Shown here piece after piece: positions 30,344 to 38,588 of a DNA stretch of 59,242 nucleotides (its first letter is position 1; every line of letters begins with the position of its first letter). The position numbers and the translations under genes are program-made. A model generated the notes under the pieces. The model was given only the letters and a program-made list of their open reading frames with translations. It was not told the DNA's origin and ran no database searches. The DNA comes from Chthoniobacteraceae bacterium (GTDB taxonomy: Bacteria; Verrucomicrobiota; Verrucomicrobiia; Chthoniobacterales; Chthoniobacteraceae). The stretch covers positions 1 through 59,242 of the forward strand of contig JANNXQ010000301.1 of the NCBI GenBank assembly GCA_031409655.1, in the 5' to 3' direction.

Positions 30344-31354
30344 CTACTGTTGCGCGGCCAGCTCGGCCCGCGCTTTTGCGATCACGTCCGCAATGCTGAC
30401 CTCCGCTCCTCCGAGCCGCTTGCTTTCGTCTGCGGCCTCCATAAACGCGTAAAGCTCCAGCGTTTCCTGGGCGCTGACCGGGGAGACTCCCGTGCGAAAC
30501 ATTTTGACGATCTCAAAAAGCAGAACGTCGTAGCCGTCGGAGGTGCCGATCGGTGACTCGCCCTTTTCTCCCACCGCCTTGCCTCCGTAGCCCTTTCGAT
30601 CCTGGTTGTTCTCCTCGCGGAAGATGCCGATCCGTCCTCCGTCCCAAGTCCCGGTCACTTCCGTGGTGCCATCCGCAGCCGTCGTGCGTTTTGCGGTTTT
30701 GCAGCCCGTGCCCAGTACCGCGAAAAGCGATTCGCACCCATGCACGCCGTACCAGTACAGGTCGGGATGCGTTGCCTCCAAGCTCATAGGGCTGAAGGTT
30801 TCGGCCGTTTTTACTTTCCCGATGGCACCATTCCGGGCGGCTTGGGTGTTTTTGCCGAAACGCAGCGAGGACGAGCAAAACATCGGCACCTTCGCCTTTT
30901 CCGCTGCTTCCAGGATGCGAATGGCATCGGTGAGCGAGCCGGCGATCGGTTTGTCGATGAAGACTGGTTTTCCCGCTTTCAACACTGGCTGTAACTGCTC
31001 CCAATGCACGCGACCGTCATTGGATTCGAGGAAGACGACATCCACGCGTTGCAGCAGCGCATCGATGGAATCCACAATCTCCACGCCGAGCGCTTTGATT
31101 TTCTCGGTGTACTCGGGCACCCGCTTGGTGCTGCCCTCGATGTCCTTGCTGCCTTGCGGATACGCCGCGACGACGCGCACACCCGCGACTTTCGCGGCGT
31201 CCTCCGGCTTCTTCGGACCCACATTCAGCGTCTTGGTAAAGTGGAGGACGTGTGAAGTATCCAGGCCGATGATGCCGGCCCGGAGCGGCTTCGGCTCCTG
31301 GGCACGGAGGCCGATGGTGAGAGCGAGGAAGGCGAGGAGGAACGGGGGCTTCAT
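30344..31354 (-). CDS. Gfo/Idh/MocA oxidoreductase
   Basis: RAGIIGLDTSH, GKPVFIDKP, SSSLRF, YWYGVHG. Confidence 0.92.
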   Translation of the reverse strand: MKPPFLLAFLALTIGLRAQEPKPLRAGIIGLDTSHVLHFTKTLNVGPKKPEDAAKVAGVRVVAAYPQGSKDIEGSTKRVPEYTEKIKALGVEIVDSIDALLQRVDVVFLESNDGRVHWEQLQPVLKAGKPVFIDKPIAGSLTDAIRILEAAEKAKVPMFCSSSLRFGKNTQAARNGAIGKVKTAETFSPMSLEATHPDLYWYGVHGCESLFAVLGTGCKTAKRTTAADGTTEVTGTWDGGRIGIFREENNQDRKGYGGKAVGEKGESPIGTSDGYDVLLFEIVKMFRTGVSPVSAQETLELYAFMEAADESKRLGGAEVSIADVIAKARAELAAQQ

Positions 31355-31437
31355 ATTCCGGGACTACCCCGCCCGCGGTGGTGTCTTCGGAAAAAGTTCG
31401 CGAAGACTCGGCCGTCTTTGCGGTCCGGCGTTCGCCG

Positions 31438-31911
31438 CTACTTCTCTCCGCTTTCCTTCAGCGCCAGCGCCAGCGGTGCGTAGAGCTCGTGCTTCCGGTT
31501 CACCCCGCGGCGCAGGACCGGCTTCAGATTCGCGGCATCGGAAGGATTCAGGACGAGATCGACACTGTGTTGAAAGGCCTGCATCTCGTCGTTCGTGTTG
31601 AAGCTGGAGCCGATCAGCGTCACGAATTGCCTCCGGCGCTGGCGGGGGGACATCTCGATGGAAGCAGTCACGATTGGATTCGACGCCAGATCGCTGCCAT
31701 TGAAATTCTCGCCCACGATCACCACGTCGTAGGCGTGCGCACGGAGCTTCAGCAGGATGTCTTCAACGAAGAGTCCGGTGTGAATCTTGTAGTTCAGTTC
31801 GCCGAGTTGATCGACGACGAGCCGCTGGATCTCCGGAATATCCACGCAGACAAGCGACGTGAGATCGCCGGGTTCAAAGAAATCGAGGCGGTTTTCCGGG
31901 GTCGTATTCAT
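31438..31911 (-). CDS. Receiver-like protein coupled to the PilT-family ATPase
   Basis: 157 aa; YDVVIVGENF, RRRQFVTLIG, AFQHSVDLVLN; ATGA overlap with the ATPase stop. Confidence 0.78.
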   Translation of the reverse strand: MNTTPENRLDFFEPGDLTSLVCVDIPEIQRLVVDQLGELNYKIHTGLFVEDILLKLRAHAYDVVIVGENFNGSDLASNPIVTASIEMSPRQRRRQFVTLIGSSFNTNDEMQAFQHSVDLVLNPSDAANLKPVLRRGVNRKHELYAPLALALKESGEK

Positions 31912-33110
31912 GAGAGGCGGAGTGCTGAGAAGGTGGCGGACGCGGAGCCGCTCGAGGCGGCATCATTGTCGAGGCGAAGACCAGTGGGCTGGTCTTCGGC
32001 CGAACCGCGTTCCTTTTTGACGCTGTCGATGTAACGAGTCATCCGAGCCTTGTTCGTAGCGTAAAGATTCGAAGTTTCTTCGGTCACGAGACCCGCCTTG
32101 TAAGCGCGGAGCAATGACTGATCGAAGGTCGTCCAGCCGAAGGTCGCATTGGATTCGATGATCTCGTAGAAAGTGCGGCCGTCCTGCTCGCCGAGGGCGA
32201 CAGATTCCCGGGTGCGCAGATTCGAGCCCATGATTTCATTCACGAGCAGGCGTCCGCCGCGAACCTTCGGCACGAGCCGCTGACTCACGATCCAGCGCAA
32301 AGTCTCGCTCAAGCGCAGGCGGAGTTGCGTTTCCTCCGCGAGCTCAAACATGCCGAGCATGCGGTTGATCGACTGACCGGCGTTGATCGTGTGCAGCGTG
32401 CTGAGCACAAGGTGGCCCGTCTCTGCGGCGGTCAACGCGATTTCTACCGTCGCGCGGTCGCGCATTTCGCCGACGAGAATGACCTTCGGCGCCTGGCGCA
32501 GAGCGGCGCGGAGGCCGTTCGGATACGTGTCAAAGTCGCCGCCGAGCTCGCGCTGATTGAAAGTCGCGCGCTTGTGGTTGTGCACGAATTCGATCGGGTC
32601 TTCGAGCGTCACGACGTGAACGCCGTGCGTCTCATTGATCTCATTCAAGAGCGCCGCAAGCGTCGTCGTCTTGCCGCTTCCGGTGGCACCAGTTACGAGG
32701 ATGAGTCCGTTCTTTTCCTTGGCGATGTCGTGAAAGATTGGCTGGAGCGCGAGCGAAGAGATCGTCGGCATTTCGCTCTGCGCTTTGCGCATGACGATCG
32801 AATAACTGCCGCGCTGCCGGAAGACATTCACCCGGAAGCGCGTCTTCTCGCCGAGTGAGTAACTGCAATCGCAGGCACCGTGCGTGATGAGGTGCGCCAG
32901 GAGATGCCGCTGATCGCCGATAATGTTCAGCGCGATCTGTTCGGTCTGGTAGCTCGTCAGCGTTTTTACCGCGGGCTGGATGCGCGCTTCTTTAAGTTCG
33001 CCGAAAGTCTCGACCTGGAAGGGCCGATTGACGGTGAAGAGCAGATCGGAAATGCCCGGATGCGCGTCGAGCATCGCGGTCAGAATGGTATCGAGTTCGG
33101 TAGGTCGCAT
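31908..33110 (-). CDS. PilT/PilU-family type IV pilus ATPase
   Basis: GATGSGKTT Walker A, TLEDPIE, LRQAPKVILVGEMRD, TGHLVLSTLH. Real start ATG 33110; the longer ORF is the antisense shadow of the kinase. Confidence 0.93.
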   Translation of the reverse strand: MRPTELDTILTAMLDAHPGISDLLFTVNRPFQVETFGELKEARIQPAVKTLTSYQTEQIALNIIGDQRHLLAHLITHGACDCSYSLGEKTRFRVNVFRQRGSYSIVMRKAQSEMPTISSLALQPIFHDIAKEKNGLILVTGATGSGKTTTLAALLNEINETHGVHVVTLEDPIEFVHNHKRATFNQRELGGDFDTYPNGLRAALRQAPKVILVGEMRDRATVEIALTAAETGHLVLSTLHTINAGQSINRMLGMFELAEETQLRLRLSETLRWIVSQRLVPKVRGGRLLVNEIMGSNLRTRESVALGEQDGRTFYEIIESNATFGWTTFDQSLLRAYKAGLVTEETSNLYATNKARMTRYIDSVKKERGSAEDQPTGLRLDNDAASSGSASATFSALRLS

Positions 33111-33263
33111 CGCGCTCCCGAGAGTAGCTAAAGGAATGCCACGCCCGGACCTGGGAACGCTGTGCCCAGTCCTCTCCGCTGGGTCCAGGGCGCGCCGGGA
33201 AGTCGTTCCACCTTGGCAACGCACTTCTCCCACGCTAAGCACGCGGCGAAATCGCGACCGCGC

Positions 33264-35630
33264 ATGGCCGAGCCCGACGACTCCCAGGTTATCCCCACTA
33301 AAGCCAATCTGTCGCCCGAAGAGGCGGAGGGCATTCAGTCCGTGCAGGGAATCACCGATTCGGCCGTTGTGCGGATGTTCGGCGCCGCAAGGGGCCGGGG
33401 CGGTCCGGGAGCATGGGCGCCCCCCACGCCGGAGGAGCTGCAGTGCGAGCTCCCGCAGTTCGAGATATTCGATCTTCTGGGTCGCGGTGGCATGGGCGCC
33501 GTTTACAAGGGGCGGCAGCGCAGCCTCGACCGCTACGTCGCGATCAAGATCCTCCCCGGCGCATTTGCCAGCGGCGACCCCGAATACGCCGTGCGCTTCC
33601 AGCGCGAAGCCCGCGCCATGGCCCGACTCAGCCACCCCTGCATCGTCGCCGTCCACGATGCCAGCGAGACCTCCGGCGGGCTGCTCTACTTCGTCATGGA
33701 CTACATCCAGGGCACCGACGTGCAGCAGCTCGTCGCCGCGCAGGGCAGGCTGCCCGTCGAGCGCGCCCTCGCCATCGCCAGCAGCGTCTGCGACGCGCTC
33801 GACTACGCGCATCGCCACGGCGTCATCCACCGCGACATCAAGCCGTCGAACGTCATGGTCGACACCGCCGGCCAGGTGAAGGTCGCCGACTTCGGCCTCG
33901 CTAAACTCGCCACCAACGACTCCGCGCTCCTCACCGCCAGTGACGCCATGATGGGTACGCCCGACTTCATGGCCCCCGAGTCCCACCTCGGCACCGCGCA
34001 GGTCGATCACCGCGCCGACCTCTACGCCATCGGCGTCATGCTCTACCAGATGCTCACGGGGAAGCTGCCGCGCGGCCGCTTCGAGCCGCCCTCCCGTCTC
34101 GTCCCCGGCCTCGATCGCCGGCTCGACGCCATCATCGATCGCACCCTGCAAAACGAACGCGACGCCCGCTACTCCAGCGCCCTCGAGCTGCGCACCGCCC
34201 TCGCTCCCGTCCTCACGCGCAGCCTCGCGCTCACCAGCGCCTCTCCACGTTCGTGGAAAAAGCCTGCGCTGTTCGGTGCGCTCGCCGTCCTGCTGGCGGG
34301 GGCGGCGTTCATTGTTTTTCGTCCATCCACACCCGAGGTGAAGCCCGTCCCACCCGCGGCCGAAACGCCGAAGCTCGCAGGAGCGTCCGCCCCGGCCGCC
34401 GGCACCACTCCACAGTGGCAGCGTTTCGAGTTCGCCAAGATGCCCGTGCTCGAAGCCACGCAGAGCCGCAAGAACGTGTCCATGCAGGGCGATCTGCTCC
34501 ACGTGCACGACTCCGACGGCTGGACTTACGAACGCGAACGCCGCCTCGCGGTCACGAACGCTGCCCTCCGCGCGGTCATCGACTGGAGCACCCCAGCCAG
34601 AAATCCCAAGCTCCTCTTCCGCGAGACCCGCGATCAGCCCGGTCGCCACTGCTACGCCAAACTGGCGCGCGAATCTGTGGAAGTAGGCATCCACCGGGGC
34701 GGCGACCAGACGTTGAAACGCCTCCCCCACGGGCTCGCCACACAGACTCCACGCGAAGTCATCTTCCAAGCCGCCCTCATCGGCACGCGGATGACCGTGT
34801 GGCTCAATGGCCAGCGGCTCGGCGAAGTCGATGGCCTTCCCGCCGACCCCACGGGCACCGCTGGTCTGCAAGCCTCAGATGCGCTCTTCCGCAGCCTCGA
34901 AATCCTCAACCTCGACGGCCTGCCCGAGGCCGAGGCGCTGAAACTTGCGGGAATCACCGGCGATGCGGGGAAGTCGCTGACAACACCAAAGCCCACGGAC
35001 ACCAAAGTCAGCGCCACCTTCCCGCCCGGCGAGTGGGTGCAGCCATATCCCGATCCTTTGAAGATTCCGAACCTCGCGGACTTCACGGACGGCTGGGCAC
35101 GGCTGACCACCCAGGGTGCATACCTCTACCCACGCCCCAGTGGCTGGCCGTCGTACTACATCCGCAACGGCGGCATCCGCGCCCGGTTCGGCGAAAGCAC
35201 AGCCGAGAACGAGTTTAAATATCTCCAAATCCGAAATTCCCAGCGCCCTGGCGAAAAGTCGCGCGTTTTCGAATTACACATCAAGACCACCGAGCCCGCC
35301 ATGATCTCACTGCGCGAACATCGTGGAGAATGGGTACCTGCCAACCCCTCCGAGGCGCAAAAGTGGGCCGCCCACCGCCTGCTCGCACAAAAAGCCATTT
35401 CCCCACTCACCGGTGAGTTCACGGCCGAATTCATTGCCGTCGGGCCGACGCTTTTCGCACGAGTTTACGAGCATACGCTCACTTGGACCCTTGCCGACGA
35501 TGATGGCCGCTTGGGCAGCTGCGGCTTGGCTGGAACCACCGGAAAGCGCTTCCGCGACGTGGAAATCCTCAACCTCGACGGCCTGCCCGAGGCCGAGGCG
35601 CTGAAGCTGCTGGGCCTCGAAAAGCCATGA
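33264..35630 (+). CDS. Membrane Ser/Thr protein kinase with two tandem extracytoplasmic domains
   Basis: GRGGMGAVY, VAIK, HRDIKPSN, DFGLAK, GTPDFMAPE; TM segment PALFGALAVLLAGAAFIVF. Confidence 0.95.
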   Translation: MAEPDDSQVIPTKANLSPEEAEGIQSVQGITDSAVVRMFGAARGRGGPGAWAPPTPEELQCELPQFEIFDLLGRGGMGAVYKGRQRSLDRYVAIKILPGAFASGDPEYAVRFQREARAMARLSHPCIVAVHDASETSGGLLYFVMDYIQGTDVQQLVAAQGRLPVERALAIASSVCDALDYAHRHGVIHRDIKPSNVMVDTAGQVKVADFGLAKLATNDSALLTASDAMMGTPDFMAPESHLGTAQVDHRADLYAIGVMLYQMLTGKLPRGRFEPPSRLVPGLDRRLDAIIDRTLQNERDARYSSALELRTALAPVLTRSLALTSASPRSWKKPALFGALAVLLAGAAFIVFRPSTPEVKPVPPAAETPKLAGASAPAAGTTPQWQRFEFAKMPVLEATQSRKNVSMQGDLLHVHDSDGWTYERERRLAVTNAALRAVIDWSTPARNPKLLFRETRDQPGRHCYAKLARESVEVGIHRGGDQTLKRLPHGLATQTPREVIFQAALIGTRMTVWLNGQRLGEVDGLPADPTGTAGLQASDALFRSLEILNLDGLPEAEALKLAGITGDAGKSLTTPKPTDTKVSATFPPGEWVQPYPDPLKIPNLADFTDGWARLTTQGAYLYPRPSGWPSYYIRNGGIRARFGESTAENEFKYLQIRNSQRPGEKSRVFELHIKTTEPAMISLREHRGEWVPANPSEAQKWAAHRLLAQKAISPLTGEFTAEFIAVGPTLFARVYEHTLTWTLADDDGRLGSCGLAGTTGKRFRDVEILNLDGLPEAEALKLLGLEKP
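34899..35605 (+). repeat. 44-nt exact direct repeat (34899-34942 and 35562-35605)
   Basis: GAAATCCTCAACCTCGACGGCCTGCCCGAGGCCGAGGCGCTGAA, encoding EILNLDGLPEAEALK, occurs twice. Confidence 0.9.
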
Positions 35631-36361
35631 CCCCTCCGGCCGACGGCCAATTTCCAAACACGAGTTGGACCCTCATTGCCCGCCTGAAGTCCGATGACGA
35701 AGCGGTGGCCTCCGCGGCGATCGAGACGCTCTACACGCAGTATCACTTCCCGCTGTACTGCTATCTCCGGCGCCGCGGCTGCGCCTTCCAGGATGCAGAG
35801 GATGTCCTGCACGATTTCCTCGCCGGTCTCCTGCGCAGGCGCTCCTTTGATCGACTGGACGAATCGCGCGGCCGTCTCCGGGGCTGGTTCTGCACCGCGC
35901 TCGGCCGTCATCTGCAGGAGTGGCAGGGCCGCGAACGCCGGCGCGAAGCTGAGCCCCTCCCCCATGGCGTGGACGTGGACTTTGCCCGTGTGGAAGCCCG
36001 CTACCAGCGCGAGCACGCGGCGGATCACGATGCGCCCGATCGGGTCTTCGAGCGGGAATGGGTGCGCGAAATCTTCCGCAGCGTTCTCGCGTCTCTCACC
36101 CGGAAATACGAGGCGCGCGGACGCGGTGCACTGTTCGCGGTGCTCCGGCCGGTGCTGGAGACGGGCGGCAGCCTCCGCGATCACGACAGCGCCACGCTGG
36201 CCGAGACTGCCGGAATGAGCCAGGACGCGCTGCGCGCCGCGCTCGCCCGATTGCTCCGCGAATTCCGCGAGGGCATGCACGCCGAAGTCCGCCTGACCGT
36301 CGAGCACGCCGGGGAAGTGGACGACGAATTGGCTTACCTGATGAGCCTCTTCCGGTCGTGA
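35627..36361 (+). CDS. ECF sigma factor, kinase-associated PVC type
   Basis: FPNTSWTL, YHFPLYCYLRR, DAEDVLHDF, PDRVFEREW, EVDDELAYL; ATGA overlap with the kinase. Confidence 0.9.
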   Translation: MTPPADGQFPNTSWTLIARLKSDDEAVASAAIETLYTQYHFPLYCYLRRRGCAFQDAEDVLHDFLAGLLRRRSFDRLDESRGRLRGWFCTALGRHLQEWQGRERRREAEPLPHGVDVDFARVEARYQREHAADHDAPDRVFEREWVREIFRSVLASLTRKYEARGRGALFAVLRPVLETGGSLRDHDSATLAETAGMSQDALRAALARLLREFREGMHAEVRLTVEHAGEVDDELAYLMSLFRS

Positions 36362-36764
36362 AGCCAGCGGGCTGAATCTCCTTTTTCAGGCGGCTGCACC
36401 GGTGTGCCCGGGTGCGGCGAGGGCTCGCAAGGCAGGTGGCGCGCCTCCCCCCCCAGCGGAGCGGGCAGCCCGTCGTCGGGAGTTCCGGGCGACACGCGCG
36501 ATCCACCCGGCATTTGCATGATTCTCGAAAATTCTTCGTCACGGAGCGCGGGGTGATCCCTATCCGCGAGTGGCCCTATCTCTGCCGATGCCCGTTTCTC
36601 GATATACTCCATTCCTTTCCACCCGCCCTCACGGGTGGGCAGATCGCGAGCATCGAACACGGCCAGGCGGTGCCTCCGGGCGAGACAGATCGGCGGTGTG
36701 GCCGGGCCGCGAGGCGAGGGTCCGGCGGAGCTGTGGAGGAGCTCGGCGAGGCGAGGTCACCGGC

Positions 36765-37147
36765 GGGAACGCGCCGACGGTCGCTGCGGGCGGAAAAACC
36801 CTCAGGCTGGAAGCGGGGAGGGCCGGTGCAGGCGTGGCAGCCACCGGCACGCGAGGAAAGACCGTCGGCGCGCGTGCGGAGATTCTCGGAGCGAGCGTGC
36901 CGGCCGGCGGCGCGCTCACCGCGATCGTCCGCACGCGCGGAGAGACGAATCGCACAGCACGAAAAAGGATCCGCACGGGTGAAAAGACCCGTTTTTCGCC
37001 CATTTCGCGGCGGTCTACCCCCCTTCGCTTGCTGAAGAGGGACTTTTGCCCGGCATGGCACCTCTTTCCGGTCGCAAGTCCCCACTTTGCGGAACTTCCG
37101 CGCCCAGTCTCGCCGGTCCCGCCAAACCTCGTCTCCGGTCCCTGCCA
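36765..37147. repeat. Divergent degenerate 21-nt periodic array
   Basis: 11 purine-rich units at 36765-36995 (e.g. ACGCGAGGAAAGACCGTCGGC, ACGCGCGGAGAGACGAATCGC, ACGGGTGAAAAGACCCGTTTT), then pyrimidine-rich units with CTTT at 37043, 37064 and 37085. Confidence 0.65.
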
Positions 37148-37929
37148 TGCCCTGGGATAGCGGCATCTGGGACACCGGCTCCTGGGACGCCTTGCCGCCG
37201 GTCGCCACTTTCCACCCCAAACCCACCCGTAGAAAATCCATGCCCAAAGCCAGCTACATCAAAAGTGCAGATGAGGAATTCTCCACCCAACTGCTCACCT
37301 TCAAAAATAACATCGGCGCCTACACTGCCACTCTCGGCGTGACCGCGCCCCAAGTCGCCGCACAGGCCGCCGACGCCACCTACTTCGAGTTCCTCGTCGC
37401 CTGCCAGCAGATCGCCCGAAATTTCGGGCAGCAATGCACCGCGTGGAAGGATCTCATCCGCGACGGCGGCGAACCGCCGAGCACTGGCATGCCGGTGGTG
37501 CCGCCCTTTCCCACACCACCGCCGGTCGTCGCACCGGGTCTCGAGGCGCGTTTCCGCGGGCTCGCGCAGCAGCTCAAGAAACACCCTGCCTACAATGCCG
37601 CCATCGGTGAAGCGCTCGGCATCGAAGGCGCCGCACAGGATGCACCTGACCTGAGCGAGCTGCGCCCCGAGATTTCCGCCCGAGTCGTCGGCAGCCGCGT
37701 GGAGATCGAGTGGGGCTGGCAGGGCCAGCGCGCCTTCCTCGACCTGTGCGAGCTGCAGGTCGATCGCGGCAGCGGCTGGGGCATCCTCGCCTTTGATAGC
37801 ACGCCCGGCTACGTGGACACGCAGCCCTTTCCCGCCTCGCCCACTCGCTGGCGCTACCGCGCCATCTATCGCAAGGGAGACCAGCAGGTGGGCCAATGGA
37901 GCCAGGAGGCCAGCGTCGTCGTCGGCTGA
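37147..37929 (+). CDS. Hypothetical protein, helical N-terminus and FN3-like C-terminus
   Basis: MPWDSGIWDTGSWD leader (alternative start 37240); LKKHPAYNAAIGEALGIEG; WRYRAIYRKGDQQVGQWS; no signal peptide. Confidence 0.85.
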   Translation: MPWDSGIWDTGSWDALPPVATFHPKPTRRKSMPKASYIKSADEEFSTQLLTFKNNIGAYTATLGVTAPQVAAQAADATYFEFLVACQQIARNFGQQCTAWKDLIRDGGEPPSTGMPVVPPFPTPPPVVAPGLEARFRGLAQQLKKHPAYNAAIGEALGIEGAAQDAPDLSELRPEISARVVGSRVEIEWGWQGQRAFLDLCELQVDRGSGWGILAFDSTPGYVDTQPFPASPTRWRYRAIYRKGDQQVGQWSQEASVVVG

Positions 37930-37940
37930 GTGGCATCCGC

Positions 37941-38034
37941 GTGATTGGTGATGGGTGAGAAGTGATTAGTCCCGCCGTTTTACCGGCAGCAAGCCCCACC
38001 GAAACGCCCCACCCATCACCCATCACCCATCACG
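37941..38034. repeat. Inverted heptamer tandem repeats
   Basis: GTGATTG GTGATGG GTGAGAA GTGATTA ... CCCCACC CATCACC CATCACC CATCACG. Confidence 0.8.
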
Positions 38035-38043
38035 CTCAACTCC

Positions 38044-38340
38044 ATGCCCTTCGATCCCAGCCAGCCCGCCGACGGCTCCCCGCTCTCCAGTGCCGCGATG
38101 CGCAGTCAGCTCAACGCCCTCAATGCCAAGATCAATTCCATCCCCCAAGGCCCTCCCGGCCCGCAGGGGGGCCCCGGCGAAGTGAGCCAGGCCGCGCTCG
38201 ACGCCGCCATCGCCGACACCGCCCGCAACCCGAGCGGCATCGCGCAGCTCGGTTTCGCCATCAGCGACCCACCCACCCAGAGCGAGGTGCAGGCCATCCT
38301 GGACGCTTACAACGCCCTCCTCGCCGCCCTCTTGCGGTGA
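38044..38340 (+). CDS. Small protein with a short collagen-like G-X-Y run and coiled-coil ends
   Basis: MPFDPSQPADGSPLSSAAMRSQLNAL...QGPPGPQGGPGE...DPPTQSEVQAILDAYNALLAALLR; strong GC3 bias. Confidence 0.8.
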   Translation: MPFDPSQPADGSPLSSAAMRSQLNALNAKINSIPQGPPGPQGGPGEVSQAALDAAIADTARNPSGIAQLGFAISDPPTQSEVQAILDAYNALLAALLR

Positions 38341-38588
38341 AGCGGCGCCCGACGGAGCCGACTTGCAGCCGTGAAAGAAGCCGCCTCTCCATCCGACCGA
38401 GACTCTACCGCCTTGGAGGTTTCCGGTGAGAAAAATCACAGAGTCATCATGATTGCCTTGGCGACACCCACTCAAATCCCCAGAAGCGACCCGCGATTTC
38501 GGGCCGGTCCGGGACCGCCTAATACTCATCACGCTCGCGGCACGGAGCAGCATCCCGGAGCGGGCCTTTGGCACCCACCTACGAACTC

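Noticed and set aside
33111..34871. Apparent 987-aa PilT fusion
   Set aside because: The N-terminal extension is the antisense of the kinase; the ATPase starts at 33110.
34899..35605. DGR template/variable repeat pair
   Set aside because: The copies are identical, without adenine-specific differences, and no reverse transcriptase is present.
36765..37147. CRISPR array
   Set aside because: No invariant repeat with unique spacers and no cas genes.
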